Positions 46,850 to 57,999 of a stretch of 64,000 nucleotides of DNA are shown here, piece after piece (position 1 is the stretch's first letter; each line of letters starts with the position of its first letter). The DNA comes from Raillietiella orientalis. Its lineage: Eukaryota. Made by a program: the position numbers and the translations under genes. The stretch is taken from contig JAYWIR010000011.1 in assembly GCA_036172245.1 (NCBI GenBank), positions 3,410,001 through 3,474,000 of the forward strand, given 5' to 3'. The notes beneath the pieces are model-generated. The model had not been told where the DNA came from, did no database searches, and saw nothing but the letters and a program-made list of their open reading frames with translations.

Positions 46850-48700
46850 TGAAAACTTGGACTTTTTTTGCAGATCCCACTTAGCCCACAGCGACCGCAT
46901 TTGCGGAGGGTTCCGGAAGGTGCGGAAGATTCTCTCTCGCGCGCTTGCGAAATTTCCCTAACGCAGTGCCGAATCCGAAACAGACCCTCAGGAAGGAACG
47001 CGTCTGCCGCGCTTCTCATCTCCACGGCCACCGCCACCACTGAGCGAAGACACGACGAGGGACCTCTTGCGAATCGGTTCTCCAGGCATTCGATAGTCCT
47101 CGAAAATCCACTACTCGTGCGGAGGACCGAGAGCACGCCTCTCCTGCGCGTGGAAATTCTGCGTGAAGTCACCGTTACGACTTGACTTAGGTTTCGTAAA
47201 GGGAAACCCTTCATCCCTTGCACGCGACCATGGGTACTGCTCGTTTGGAAGCCCAGAAGGAGAATGGTGCAGGAACCCTTCTCGCTGTCGGGGACCCTCC
47301 AAGGACCGGTTCGCGCTGGTGGTGGTCGGCTCTCGTTGTCTTCAAGAATGACGGCGCTCTGCAAGAGATAAAATTTTCAAGAACGCACGCAGACCACCTC
47401 CGGGAGATGATGGTATCGTCCAACGTGGACGGGGAATCCATTGCATGCATCCACTTGGGGATGGGAGGATGGGAAGATGGAGGAAAGAAACCTACTAATG
47501 GACCTTCCGCTACCAGGAGACCAACTCCTAGGCTCGAGCCAACCAGGCGTGACCCAGCCGAAAGAAATACTAGGTGCTGAGTGGAAGTCAGAAAGTTCTA
47601 ATTCAGGGAACGGACCCGCTCAACGAGAGCAACAAATTCCCCCCCTTTACCTGTTCAGCGGCATTCAGCACATCCTCTTTTATTCAGTCCTATTCAGAAA
47701 AAAAAAATAAAACAAACACAGAGTGCAGCACAAGTGGGAGGGTCGATAGAAGGGAGGTGTCTAGTGAGCTCAGCTCCACGCTGTGGGGGAGTAGAGGAGA
47801 GCGAGGCGGCGCTGGATGCACAGTGAAGAGTAGGGTAGGGTGGCCGGAGGCAGCAGTGTCATCCCACTGACAAGAGGAGCAGAAAGACGTGAAGTCCTGT
47901 TAGCTCCCGATCCCTCCGCCTTCCCTTCGTCGCACTTAGAGGTCCTCGTCCCGTGATACAAACGGCGTGTTCTGCTGCCTCCACAGTCTTCCCTAACTTG
48001 TCAGGTCTTCGTCTCTTCCGGCAGTGATCTTCTTCACGATGGAGTCCGGAGATTTCAAGGGAGAGTTCAAAACGGTACCCTCTTGAGGGTGAGGCCTCTT
48101 TCACTACTCTCGATCTTCTCTGCCCGTCAACGACATCCGGGCGAAGTCTGGATTGAGCAAAGAATGAAAGTCTGGACACTGGTGTTCTTGGGGTGACTCA
48201 ATGTCCTAGTGCGTGCTGGGTGTGTCTTGTGCGGTGCCTCGGCTGTCATCAATGGACGGACCTTTCTGAGCTGTCGTGCGCTCTGCTGAGTTTCCAGCTA
48301 ACATGGTCTTTGCTGGTATCTTCGCAACCCAACGAGCCGACAATGATCGTGAAAAGTGATGACCCCTTCCTGAGAGCGGGCAGGAACGCGCATGGTCCGG
48401 TTTCCTTTCCCTCCACGGGACTTCCCGAACGCTTTTGAAGTGCTGTTCTAATGGTCAGCACTCATCGAGGATGATGGCAGGCGTGGCTGTCTTCCCTCGG
48501 GAGAAGGTCAGGTTGCAGCGACGACCAGCACCTCCCATGGTGCAACGCCTTCTCGATACGGTCGATGCAGGTGTCGTGCTTTATAATGCCGCACGCAATG
48601 ATAGAAGGCTTCAGCAGCGTCCATTCCTATCCTGGGAATCAAAGGCTGCTTTCCGGTGCCGACGACAATCCCGACCTGTTATCCATCCCCTAGCTGGTTC
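46850..48700 (-). mobile_element. Decayed Tx1-like ORF1 and endonuclease fragments
   Basis: GTLRKCGRCGLSG (GQP..C..CG..GH-like knuckle) near 46880-46920; APE-like TPAIILDEC*PLEQHFKSVREVPWR near 48400-48490. Confidence 0.45.
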
Positions 48701-49419
48701 CCGGTGCAGCGTGGGTGAATTTGTCCGCAAAACACAGATGGTCTCCATGTCGCTTGGAGCCGCAGTTCACTGTCAGACTTCCTCCTCTGGTAAAAAAAAA
48801 CAACCATCAGAGCTTTCGCATAGTAAGATAAAGAACACCGCGAACTGCTTGAAAGGAATTCTGGGAAGTTTCTCGACCTGCCACAGACAGAAAGCACTCT
48901 AAGAGCGAAGTGTCCCTGAATTTCAGATTTTTCTCCATCTTCGAAGGTTGCAGATTCGTTTCTGAAGATAGCAGAAACCTTGGCGACTTCCTGCCTCGCA
49001 AAGACGTGGGTTTTGGACCCTTAGCTCTGTATTCTTGCCTACACCAGGACAACGTGACGCCCACGACCAAATCTTGCACTTCTGACTTGCTCTCACAATC
49101 CTCCAAGGGAAAAAGAAAAACGGATTCGTTGACCCATATGAATTGGTGGTCCAGGAAGATGGCGCAGCTTTGCTGACAAGTATGAAGGATTCGAATGGAG
49201 CTATTTATATGGACGCTTGGATGATCGGATGCCTAAATAAAAAGATCAGAAGAATGAATAATGCCAGATGGATGGTCGGATACGTTTGTGTGCACGAGAT
49301 GCTGTTTCTATTTGCCACGATTGCTGCTGCATCTGGATGATTGGATCTGCAGGAGGGAGCGTGGAAGAAGAAGAGAAAAGGCTAGGCATCGAGAAGCATC
49401 TTTCTGAGAAAACCCAAAG

Positions 49420-50338
49420 GATGATGGAAATCCTTTGGGTTCTTTCTTTTTCTGTATTCGCTGTTTTTCTTCCAGTTTTTTTTTTTTTTCTCGGGTTTTC
49501 TTTTTTGGTTCACTAAGTATCTCAAGAGCCATAGCGCTCCTGGTGACGGCTCATGCAGTTTTTTGACACTGTTCACACCACCTGAGGGTGCATGTAATTC
49601 TTCAAGATAGGGGCTGCCCTGGGAAGGGTTCGCCCTATGAATCCAGGAAGGGATCGGAGTCTGTTCCTCTCACGCCTGGGGAGCATCCCTCAAGGGAACC
49701 TCCACCCTGGTTGTCTCCAAAGAGGAACCCCGAAGGAAATCACACTTTCCTTATTCTCTCAAGAGGGACCCCCGAAGGGGTCCGCTCCATGTTTTCTTCC
49801 TCGAAAGGAATCAACAAGGATCCCCTAGTAGGAATTTCTTCTCCGGAGGGGACCTGCAAATGAACCTCTCCTGTTTACTCCCCTGAAGAGGACCCCGAAG
49901 GGATGCTTCCGAAATTCAGAAGGTGCTGCTTCCCCGAAGGGATCGTTCGCTTTTCTGCACTCTGCAAGATTGCAGGAAAACGAGCAATCCCTGGAGAGGT
50001 GATTCTCACACTTACTCCATCAGAACGACGCGGAGGGGCCCCCACACTGGGGAGTCTGCTCTCCTTATCACAACCGGAGGGGGAACTCCCCAATCCTTGA
50101 TTTCTGAAAGGACTCGCAGGTCGACTCCCATTTTTCCGGACACTTCCGGCATCCGATTTTAGCCTCTACCAGTGCCTCACCCGAATGAATAGAGGTCAAC
50201 CAGCGTCATCTCGCGGGGGGAACTCAAACCCACGACGCACCCCCATCTCTCGGCGTCGATTCATTTCGGAGTATTCGAACCCGCCACGCCTGGTGGCGCC
50301 ACGCACAGAGACCGTAACCACAAAGCCCCTGACGCAGG
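49420..50338 (-). repeat. tRNA-headed repeat family, copy C (complete, uninterrupted)
   Basis: Head with B-box GGTTCGAAT (~50263-50338), spacer AACCCACGACGCACCC, a single target-like ACCAGTGCCTC (50168-50178), minisatellite body and T-rich (+) tract at 49440-49510. Confidence 0.8.
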
Positions 50339-51979
50339 CGGAGGCTTTATGGTTACAGTGAAGGATTGAGGTTATGGATGTAGACAAAGAACAAACCGTC
50401 TCCTTGTGGTCCATCAAGGAGGAAGAATGAAAAAGATTCACGAAAAGGGGAAAGCAGACCGACGTTCTAACTCAGTTGCTGAAAGTTCCAGTGCCTCCTT
50501 GATGTTGCGCGTCGGGATTGGGACTTAGAGGCATCGCTTAAGCCGTTCCGGGATTCCACTCTTCCTTGTTCCCACCAGATGGTCGGTTTGAGGAGCTTTG
50601 GATTTCGTTCAGGCCAAGGGGGTAGTGGTGTGCCCTTTCTCTTTGCCTTCCGCATCTTCCTCCCCAACCTTTCCTGAAGAAACTGCGTCTTTCTTAGAGT
50701 GCTCTCTTCCTGGGGAGGAAGCGAAACAGGAACAGGAAGCGGGGAGCACACGGAGACCCCGACTTTCCCGAAAGAGTCCTTTCACCGCCAGGCGGTGCGG
50801 CATTTTTCGACTTCCCCGTCCGATTAGCCCTTGTCCCAGACCCTCCTCCGGGGATACTCCGCCCATGCACCTCGCAACTGAACGGGGAGAGTCTCCAGAC
50901 GGTGAGAAACCGTAGTGAACTACCCTCTTCTGAAGGGATTCCTGTTCCATCCCAGGAAGGACCTCAGTAGCACCCCTCGGGAGTCATTTCCAGGGCACGG
51001 CTGCACTCAGCCTCGCAGCTCAGGGTGACCTCGTGCAGGGTACGCGGCCAACGTGCGAGGCATGCGGAGCCGCCTCTGGGACGCGGGTGCTGGCGGCGCG
51101 CGGCGAAGATACCCCCTGCAACCGGGGAAGCCTGGTCTTCCTTCTCGCCTGCTTTTCACGTTGTCCCCGATCGCTCGGTGCGAAGGCGGAGCGCAGCGGG
51201 GGTGATGGAAGGGGAGGGATTGGGGGTGTTCAGACTAGCCGTCTCAGGGGTCACGCAGGGAAGGGGCGGGGCTCGAAGGGGAGGAAGAAGAGGATGCTGC
51301 CCAGGGAAACCTCGCACGTTCGGCCGCGCGCGCGCGCAGGCCTCCCGTTCCTTGCGCTTCTACCTCTCCTGCAGGATCCGTGGCCGCCGTTCAGCCCGTG
51401 CCTTAACCTGCTTCCGCCGGTCCCCTCTCCTTGCCTCGTGCTCCAAAGGAACGAAGGGCTAGGTGGGTGGTGGCTAGTCCTCCATCCCTTCTAGGCCGCG
51501 TTCCTCTCCCTGCCGCCCTTCTAGGGCGCCGAGCGGCCCTGCGCGCGATCCTTTTCTCGGTAGCCAGCGGACGGACAACTCTTCCTCGAAGCTCTCTTTC
51601 GCTGCTACACAGCGTTGCGTCTCCGGAATCTCCAAGGAGGTCCATGGGAAGGAAGCTGCGCTAAGGAGGGACTTCCTTGGGGAGAAACCCTTTGGCTTGC
51701 CACTCAAAGGTCCCCTTCGGACTGCTGCTGCTTCTTGCGCACAAGCGCCTCGGTCTTCCCGTCTTCCCGGCCCGATTCGTGTCTCGGCACTCCCACAGAA
51801 GACCGCAGGGAAAGCAAACCTTTCGTCCTCGTAGATAAGGGATGACCACTTGACATTGCTTCCCTCCCGCGCTCCCTCAGCCGATCCCCTCCATCTCTAG
51901 GCATTTATGGAACCTCGCGCCGCGGTTGTTCGAGGTTTCCCCTGATTCAAGGACCACATCTGTCAACATACATCCGTTC

Positions 51980-54900
51980 CAGTGGGAAAGAAGGGGCCGT
52001 GGCCGCGACAGCGGAAGAGTCATCTTCTCCAGCGTCCACGCCATCCGGGACATCCGGGTTTCTTTCTGGAGTCTGTTATCTTAGCGCAAAGTTCTTTTAA
52101 TGGAAAGAAAACATTCCTAAGAGTTTCTCGACTGCATGGGGAGGGGGGGGAAGAGGAGAGCCAGTCGAGGCGGGCGATCCCACGTGCGGACCGGCCCTTA
52201 AACAAGCAAAGGGAAGGAAAGGAAGAGGATCTTCTGCAGCAGGACAGCGTTCACGCCCTCGCGGGATCCGTAGAAAGGGTGCTCGAAAAGGGGAACCGCG
52301 GGACAGAAGCAGGGCCGCGAGAGTTTCGGCAGGGTTTTTCCCTTCCGAGGCGGACCGGGGATTCAAGCAGGACTCCTCCAGAACGCGTGTTCCGGGAAAG
52401 ACGCAAAAGTTGGGTCCACGATGCACGGATTGACAAAATCCATCTCCAGGCGCGCGTCCTCGGACCCTCCGGCAGCAGGTGCCTTTGTCTGGCGCTTCAT
52501 GCGATGATGGGTGTGAGGAGCAGAAGGGATTGGATGGTGAAGGGGGCGGGGGAGGGAAAAGGCAGAGTTCCCTTTTTGCTCCATCGAGCTGCTCTCACTC
52601 TCGGAAGACCACGGGGGAGAGAAGGGATGGAAGGGGGGAGCTCTCAGCGGCTCCTTCTAGCATGCCGAGAATACTAAGGCAGAAAAAAAATGCCCTTTGA
52701 ACGCAGGGTGGGCTGTCCGTCTCCCTAGAAATCACTGCGTTTGCGCTTTCTCCTGCCTCCTCATTAGAAAGCAGTAAATCTCTCTGGACTGAGATTCATC
52801 TCACAATACGATAAAATCGACCTCTCTGTCGAAGGATGCTCCATGGTGCAGCATGATGTGAAGCAAAAAATCGATAAAGGACTAATGCTGCGAAGCGCAA
52901 CTTTTTAAGATCTCTTCGATCGGTCCAGAGAACTGGAATCAACTAAGCCATGCTCGAAGGCCGTCGTCATGGACCTCTCCCTCCCACTGGACCTCCAGAG
53001 TCTCTGCGCAGTGCTCGTCACCATCCTCGAGGAATGGTGCTCCCAAGCTCTTCTGCGTGCAACGTCGAGACCTTCCTCCTGCTGGCTCTCTGGCTCCCTG
53101 GGAACCGGCTGCTCCCCTGGACAAGGGTAGCTGGCAGGGCAGGAACAGCCTTGTCCTCCGGATGCACGCATCTTGAGGACCGGTTGCTTAGCCGATCATT
53201 CCTCCGTTGGATTCCCGCTTCACTGGCCACGGTCCCGTCGCCCGCAGCAGACGAGCACCCTGCTCGGGATTTGGTGAGCACCTCGACGTTTGGCTCGTCA
53301 CAAAGCAGAAACCGAGCCGGCGCTCCATGCACTCAAGTTTGCTCTCTGGGGCATTGCGCACAGCATGCCAACGTTCCGTGCTTCGGCTCCAAACAGCTCG
53401 GACTTCTCACCCACCGAAAGGTCGAGAGTGGGGTCGAGGTCACTTGGACCACATGATCTACAGTCATTTCCTCAGTCATCCCTAACTTTTGCCTCTCTTT
53501 GGTCCATGACTGAGACCTTTACGATGGATGCAGCAGATCTGAACGATGGATTTCAGCTTTCCTTTTCTGATTCTGTCTTGGAGATGCTGTTGCCTTTGCA
53601 GGGTCGGGAGGCAGTAGTTGCTCCTGGACCCCGCGATGCTACCCCAGCTCGAAGGTCCTTCCTTGCCCATGTGAAAATTCGGCAGTTCGCCGTTCGGGAA
53701 AACGTCCAAGTGTCTTGGACCAGCTTCTTCACGAAGCCATTTTTTTTTTTTCTTACTCTCAGGACCGCTCGACCGCCTCTGTCCCTTCACCCACCTCGAG
53801 CGTCAGCTGGTCGCTTTCGCCACCGCCCGCACGTGGACCGGCCTCTACCTTCCGGATCTGTCGGTGGAATGTTCTAGTCGCACCGGGGCCCGCGTGGCAG
53901 GGGGCGACCGAGTCGTCCAAAGAGTGCGGTTCGCCGCCGCCTCCACCTTGCTCCACTTGCTCGCCGAGCACCTCTTCCCACTGGCGGTGCGTTCTCAGGC
54001 CTTTGTTCCGGGTCTCTCCGAGCGTCCTCCGCGCGGGGCGGGAGGCGCGGATCGAGCTTGCCAGACGCTTCCTCCCGCTGGCGCTCTCTGCCTCGGAAGA
54101 CCGGCGAGCAGGAAGCGGGAAAGTTTTTGGAATCTCTCGAGATGCTCGCTGCTTTCGCCTAGGATGCTGTTGGGGTCATGTGAACAAGCAGGCAGTAAAG
54201 GGAATGCGGAGCGCAGTCTCCTGAGCTCAAAGAGCTTCGATTCTTCCAAAGAAAGTCTCGTGGATGTATCCAGGAGGTCGTCTGTTCGGTGAAACTTTCT
54301 GAGCTAACTGCCTCTAGCAGCAGAAGACTCACCACTGTTCGATGCTTTTTTTTTCCATCTTTGTCCGTATCCACTTCCCCACATCAAGGGAACCAGCTGC
54401 CTTGCTGAATATTCTAAGCAAGTTGCCCAGTCGGCGAAGATCGGTGAAGGCTCCTCTTAAGCGAGGTGGTCTTTAAACAAGACTGTTCCACTAGCAAGGA
54501 GCGAATGTAGATGAAGGGCATCAGACTCAGCACCTTTGACCTGATCCGTTGCATCCCATCAGCTCTGCGGTTGCGCTAGAAGTGACATTGAAAGCGTATC
54601 TAGTTCAAGGCATAGTTAAACGTATATGGGGAGTTAAAATTAGGGGATGCACTTCAACCTCTAGGAGATCGATCTACAATTCTCCTGGCGTGCTCGTTCC
54701 AGCTCACACAGAAAATTCCAGGTGCCCGAGGCCGCAACTCGCTTTCCATGCGTCAACCGCCCTTCCCGATCAAAAGCATATGTTCTGGAAGGATCTCCGC
54801 TCTCATAAGCTGTTTAAATTACAAGAGACATCCCTGTATTTTGCTAAACGGATGACGTCATCTTTGCGATGAGCAGTGCTCCCGAACCCTGGATCGAGTT

Positions 54901-55250
54901 CCTCCTGGAGTGATCGGGGAACAGTTCTTGGAGTCGACTTCCAAACTGTGAGGAGTGCTCAGAATAGGATCTCGTCTGTTACCATCCTACGAACACCTTC
55001 TGCGGTGTCTGACTCCATCGTGGATGTAGAAGAAGATCGTAAGTGAAGGCGAAGAGATCGTGTCTTTGCTTCAAAGGCGAATTTCAATCGAAAGGCGAAG
55101 GTGAATGTGGAGGCGAGTCGGTACAGCCGAGTGAGATGCACACGCAGATGCACCGTTCGTGTTCCTTTGGGTCCCCTTTATCTCCCGGAGTCTCCCACAC
55201 CCTAGCGAGGAGTGCTCACTGGCCAAATTGTAAAAACAGAGAAGTGCTAC
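51980..55250 (-). mobile_element. Decayed L1/Tx1-like endonuclease and RT fragments
   Basis: RLEMDFV...ASFPEHAF and RIVDR...LPEHMLL (R.D / SDH-like APE motifs); IAGSRSNYCLPTLQRQQHLQD RT-like block at ~53500-53700. Confidence 0.45.
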
Positions 55251-55519
55251 TGACGAGTCTAGTACGGCACAACAAACACATTCCAGAAACTGCAGCGAGT
55301 CGCCCGTGGTACGAATGCTGCATCCGTGGCCAACGCGTTGTGAGAATTGCGGCTGCATCTCTGCTCATCACGCGCGTTCCCTCAGAAACTTCCACTCGAT
55401 GCCATTCCAGGATTTTTTCTCCCAGGTTCTGATTGCTTAAAACGGGCGCTCTCCCATTCCGAAATGCTTGGAAGCCGTTCTACAAGCGGAAGAAAACCTC
55501 GAAAGAAGATTCGAGAATC

Positions 55520-55835
55520 CTTCTGAAACGGAAACGAACGAAAGATTGACGAAATTTGACATCAGAGAGCAAGGACTTTCGAGCTGGGGTGGTATCGCGG
55601 GATCCACGGAACAACCACTGTTTCTGACTCTGCAAGGACAGCAGTATATCCAGGACGGAATCAGAGAAGGAAAGCTGCAATCCATCGTTCAAATCCCCTT
55701 CATCCATCGTTAAGATCACAGTCATGAAACGAAGAGAGGCAAAAGCGAAGGATGACTGAGGAAATGACTGGAGACCGTGTGGTCCAAGTAACCTAGACCC
55801 CACTCTCGACCTTTCGGTGGGTGAGAAGTCCGGCT
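55520..55835 (+). repeat. Inverted copy of ~53395-53710 (RT-coding fragment)
   Basis: GACTTCTCACCCACCGAAAGGTCGAGAGTGGGGTC at 53401 is exactly reverse-complemented at ~55796-55830, and similarity extends ~310 bp. Confidence 0.9.
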
Positions 55836-56732
55836 TGCTTGCCGCCGAAGCTCGTACAGTTCTGCGCTCATCCTCGCGTGGTAGAGCACAGGGATGCTCT
55901 CTGCATCGGGTCTTCCAGGGAACAAGACGCCACCGGACGGGGGAGCAGTAGAGCTGAACTTGCTTAGGTCAGGGGCAATCGAATCGCTCTTGCATCTGTT
56001 GTCAGACTTCGGTTCCTCCCGAAGAAGAAGAGTGAGGGGACCAGCAGAAGCCTTCGCGGGACAGGGGGGGGCAGCTGCCTCTGGAGAGCTGCGCCGCGAG
56101 CAGCGGACTTTCAGCCCACTTCCCCGATCGCGACCCCGCTATGTGTCGGAGAGGTCGCTCTACCTGCTACTCCCCTGGAAGAGCTAGTCCAACAAACAGA
56201 GGAAGACCATACCCCAAAAAGGGGACAGAATGACTCCATGTGAAAGAAGGAGTGAGGAAGGGTGAGGTGTCTTGGAGTTCTAGTGGACACCCCGGGAAAG
56301 GGACCACCCTATGAATCCAGGAAACCACCGAAGGAAGGAGTCCCTTCCTCTTACTCTTGGGAGGGAACCTCTTCCTTGTTTTCTCCGGAGGGACCCCCCT
56401 AAGAAGAGGGGACTACCCCTCTTTTCTTTTCCGAAGGGAACCCCCAAGAAAACCGTTCCTTGATTCCTCCTCTAAAGAGAACCCCGAAAGGCGCTCTCCG
56501 AAGGGAGCAGCTCGCTTTTTGACACTCCGGAGAGACGAATCCCCGAGCTCCACGGTACGCGAACTTTCTCAACGGTCAGGTCGCCTCCCGAAGCAGGGAG
56601 AACCAGTTTTGTTTTCACAACCAGAGGGGGCCCTCCGAAAGAAACCAACTGCTTGATCCCTGGGAGGACTCGAAAGGATCAACGTTCAATATCGTTTGGT
56701 CAATGGAGGTATTTAGTTTCCACCAGTACCAC

Positions 56733-57720
56733 GACCGTTTCCTGTACGCGCGCAACAACAACTGCACGGTCCGGGAGATCCTGGAAGACCCAACGAAGAG
56801 TGCATGGGCTAGCAGAACCTCCCTCGCAGCCGCTCTGCCCCCTCTTAGGAAACACTTAAAGAGCAGCCTTACGGCTAGATGGGAGGTTGCTGTGGAAACC
56901 TCCGGAAGGAGGAAAGGACTGGGCGAGTGGATGACGGTCCAGCTGACCTGCGCTGCGACCCCGATTGCTCGATTATATGGACTTTTACACTGGGACGGGC
57001 TACTGGGTATTCCGAAGGAAGGTCTGCAGTGGCTCCCGGTGCTCATGAACACCCGCATCCTCCCCCTGAAGTGGCGGGAGTCGGCGTTGATGCTGCTGCA
57101 CTGCGGCCTCCCGTGCAACGCCCGCCGGCATCTGTGGACACGGGTGTGTGTAAACCCAAACTGTGCAAGGTGCGGGAGCGGAATCTCTCCTACATTTACT
57201 AGTGAACTGCATTGCCCTAGCTTCTTTGAGGAAGGTTTGCAACCCTTGGAACCCCCGGAGGCTATTCCCGAGACATTTTAAAGCGCCTCATTCTGCGCGA
57301 CGTCCTCACACCGGCCGCATCCCTAGCAGCACTTTGCTGTCCAAGCGGCGGGACCGTGGCTGCATGGAGCAGCAACAGCAGAGAAGGTCAGGACGACAGG
57401 CACGTCATCTATTTTGCCGTACTCTTCATGAGAACAGCGTCAAGATGGCTCTGCCTGGGACATACTCAAAAGGAACTTGCCGGTATTCTTACAAGGACGC
57501 CCTCCAGAACACAGTAATCCCTTCCCGAACCCTCCCATTCTTTGACTGGATTTCTTGTTTGTCTCCCCTTCTCCTGTGCTGCCGAGGCGACCCGATGGCC
57601 TGCCTTCCAGATCCCTACAGTTCCTTCTCGTAGTTATAAGTAACGTGGCAGGATCAGACGTCCTGTTACAGACATGTATATTTATTTCATAAATAAACGC
57701 CCCGGCGTGACAGGGTGTTA
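56733..57720 (+). mobile_element. 5'-truncated Tx1/L1-clade non-LTR retrotransposon (988 bp) with 11-bp TSD
   Basis: Encodes a zf-RVT-type C-terminus LPLKWRESALMLLHCGLPCNARR...NPNCARCG / ESLLHLLVNC (one frameshift); AATAAA at 57692-57697; flanked by identical ACCAGTACCAC at 56722-56732 and 57721-57731. Confidence 0.88.
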
Positions 57721-57822
57721 ACCAGTACCACACCCGGAGAGCCCATAGGCCAATCGGAATCATTTTGCCGGGGGAAGAGCATTCGTAACCCACGACGCAC
57801 CCTTTTCTTGTCATCGACCCTT

Positions 57823-57895
57823 CCTTGGATGGGATTCGAACCCACAACAATTGGTTTCATGCGCAGAAACCGCGGCCACACGGCCGCCAACAAGG
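57823..57895 (-). ncRNA. 73-nt tRNA-like cloverleaf (repeat head, copy D)
   Basis: Minus strand CCTTGTT-GG-CGGC cgtgtg GCCG-C-GGTTTC tgcgcat GAAACC-AATTGTT-GTGGG ttcgaat CCCAT-CCAAGG shows four stems. It lacks U33 and has no oligo-T terminator, so it is not called a functional tRNA. Confidence 0.7.
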
Positions 57896-57999
57896 GTTGG
57901 TAAGGAAGAATGAAGAATTTTCATAGGCAGTTGACCGAGCAGGAGGGGCGTAGTGGTGAGGAAATGGACAGATAGGCACGGTAGGTCAATTTCCAAGGG

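Larger units (their letters stand above)
56280..57895 (-). repeat. tRNA-headed repeat family, copy D (interrupted by Tx1-like insert)
   Basis: Body 56280-56732, insert 56733-57720, spacer and head 57721-57895. Confidence 0.8.

Noticed and set aside
57823..57895. Functional tRNA gene
   Set aside because: Lacks U33 and canonical D-loop features, has an imperfect acceptor stem and no oligo-T terminator, and the loop sequence differs among copies.
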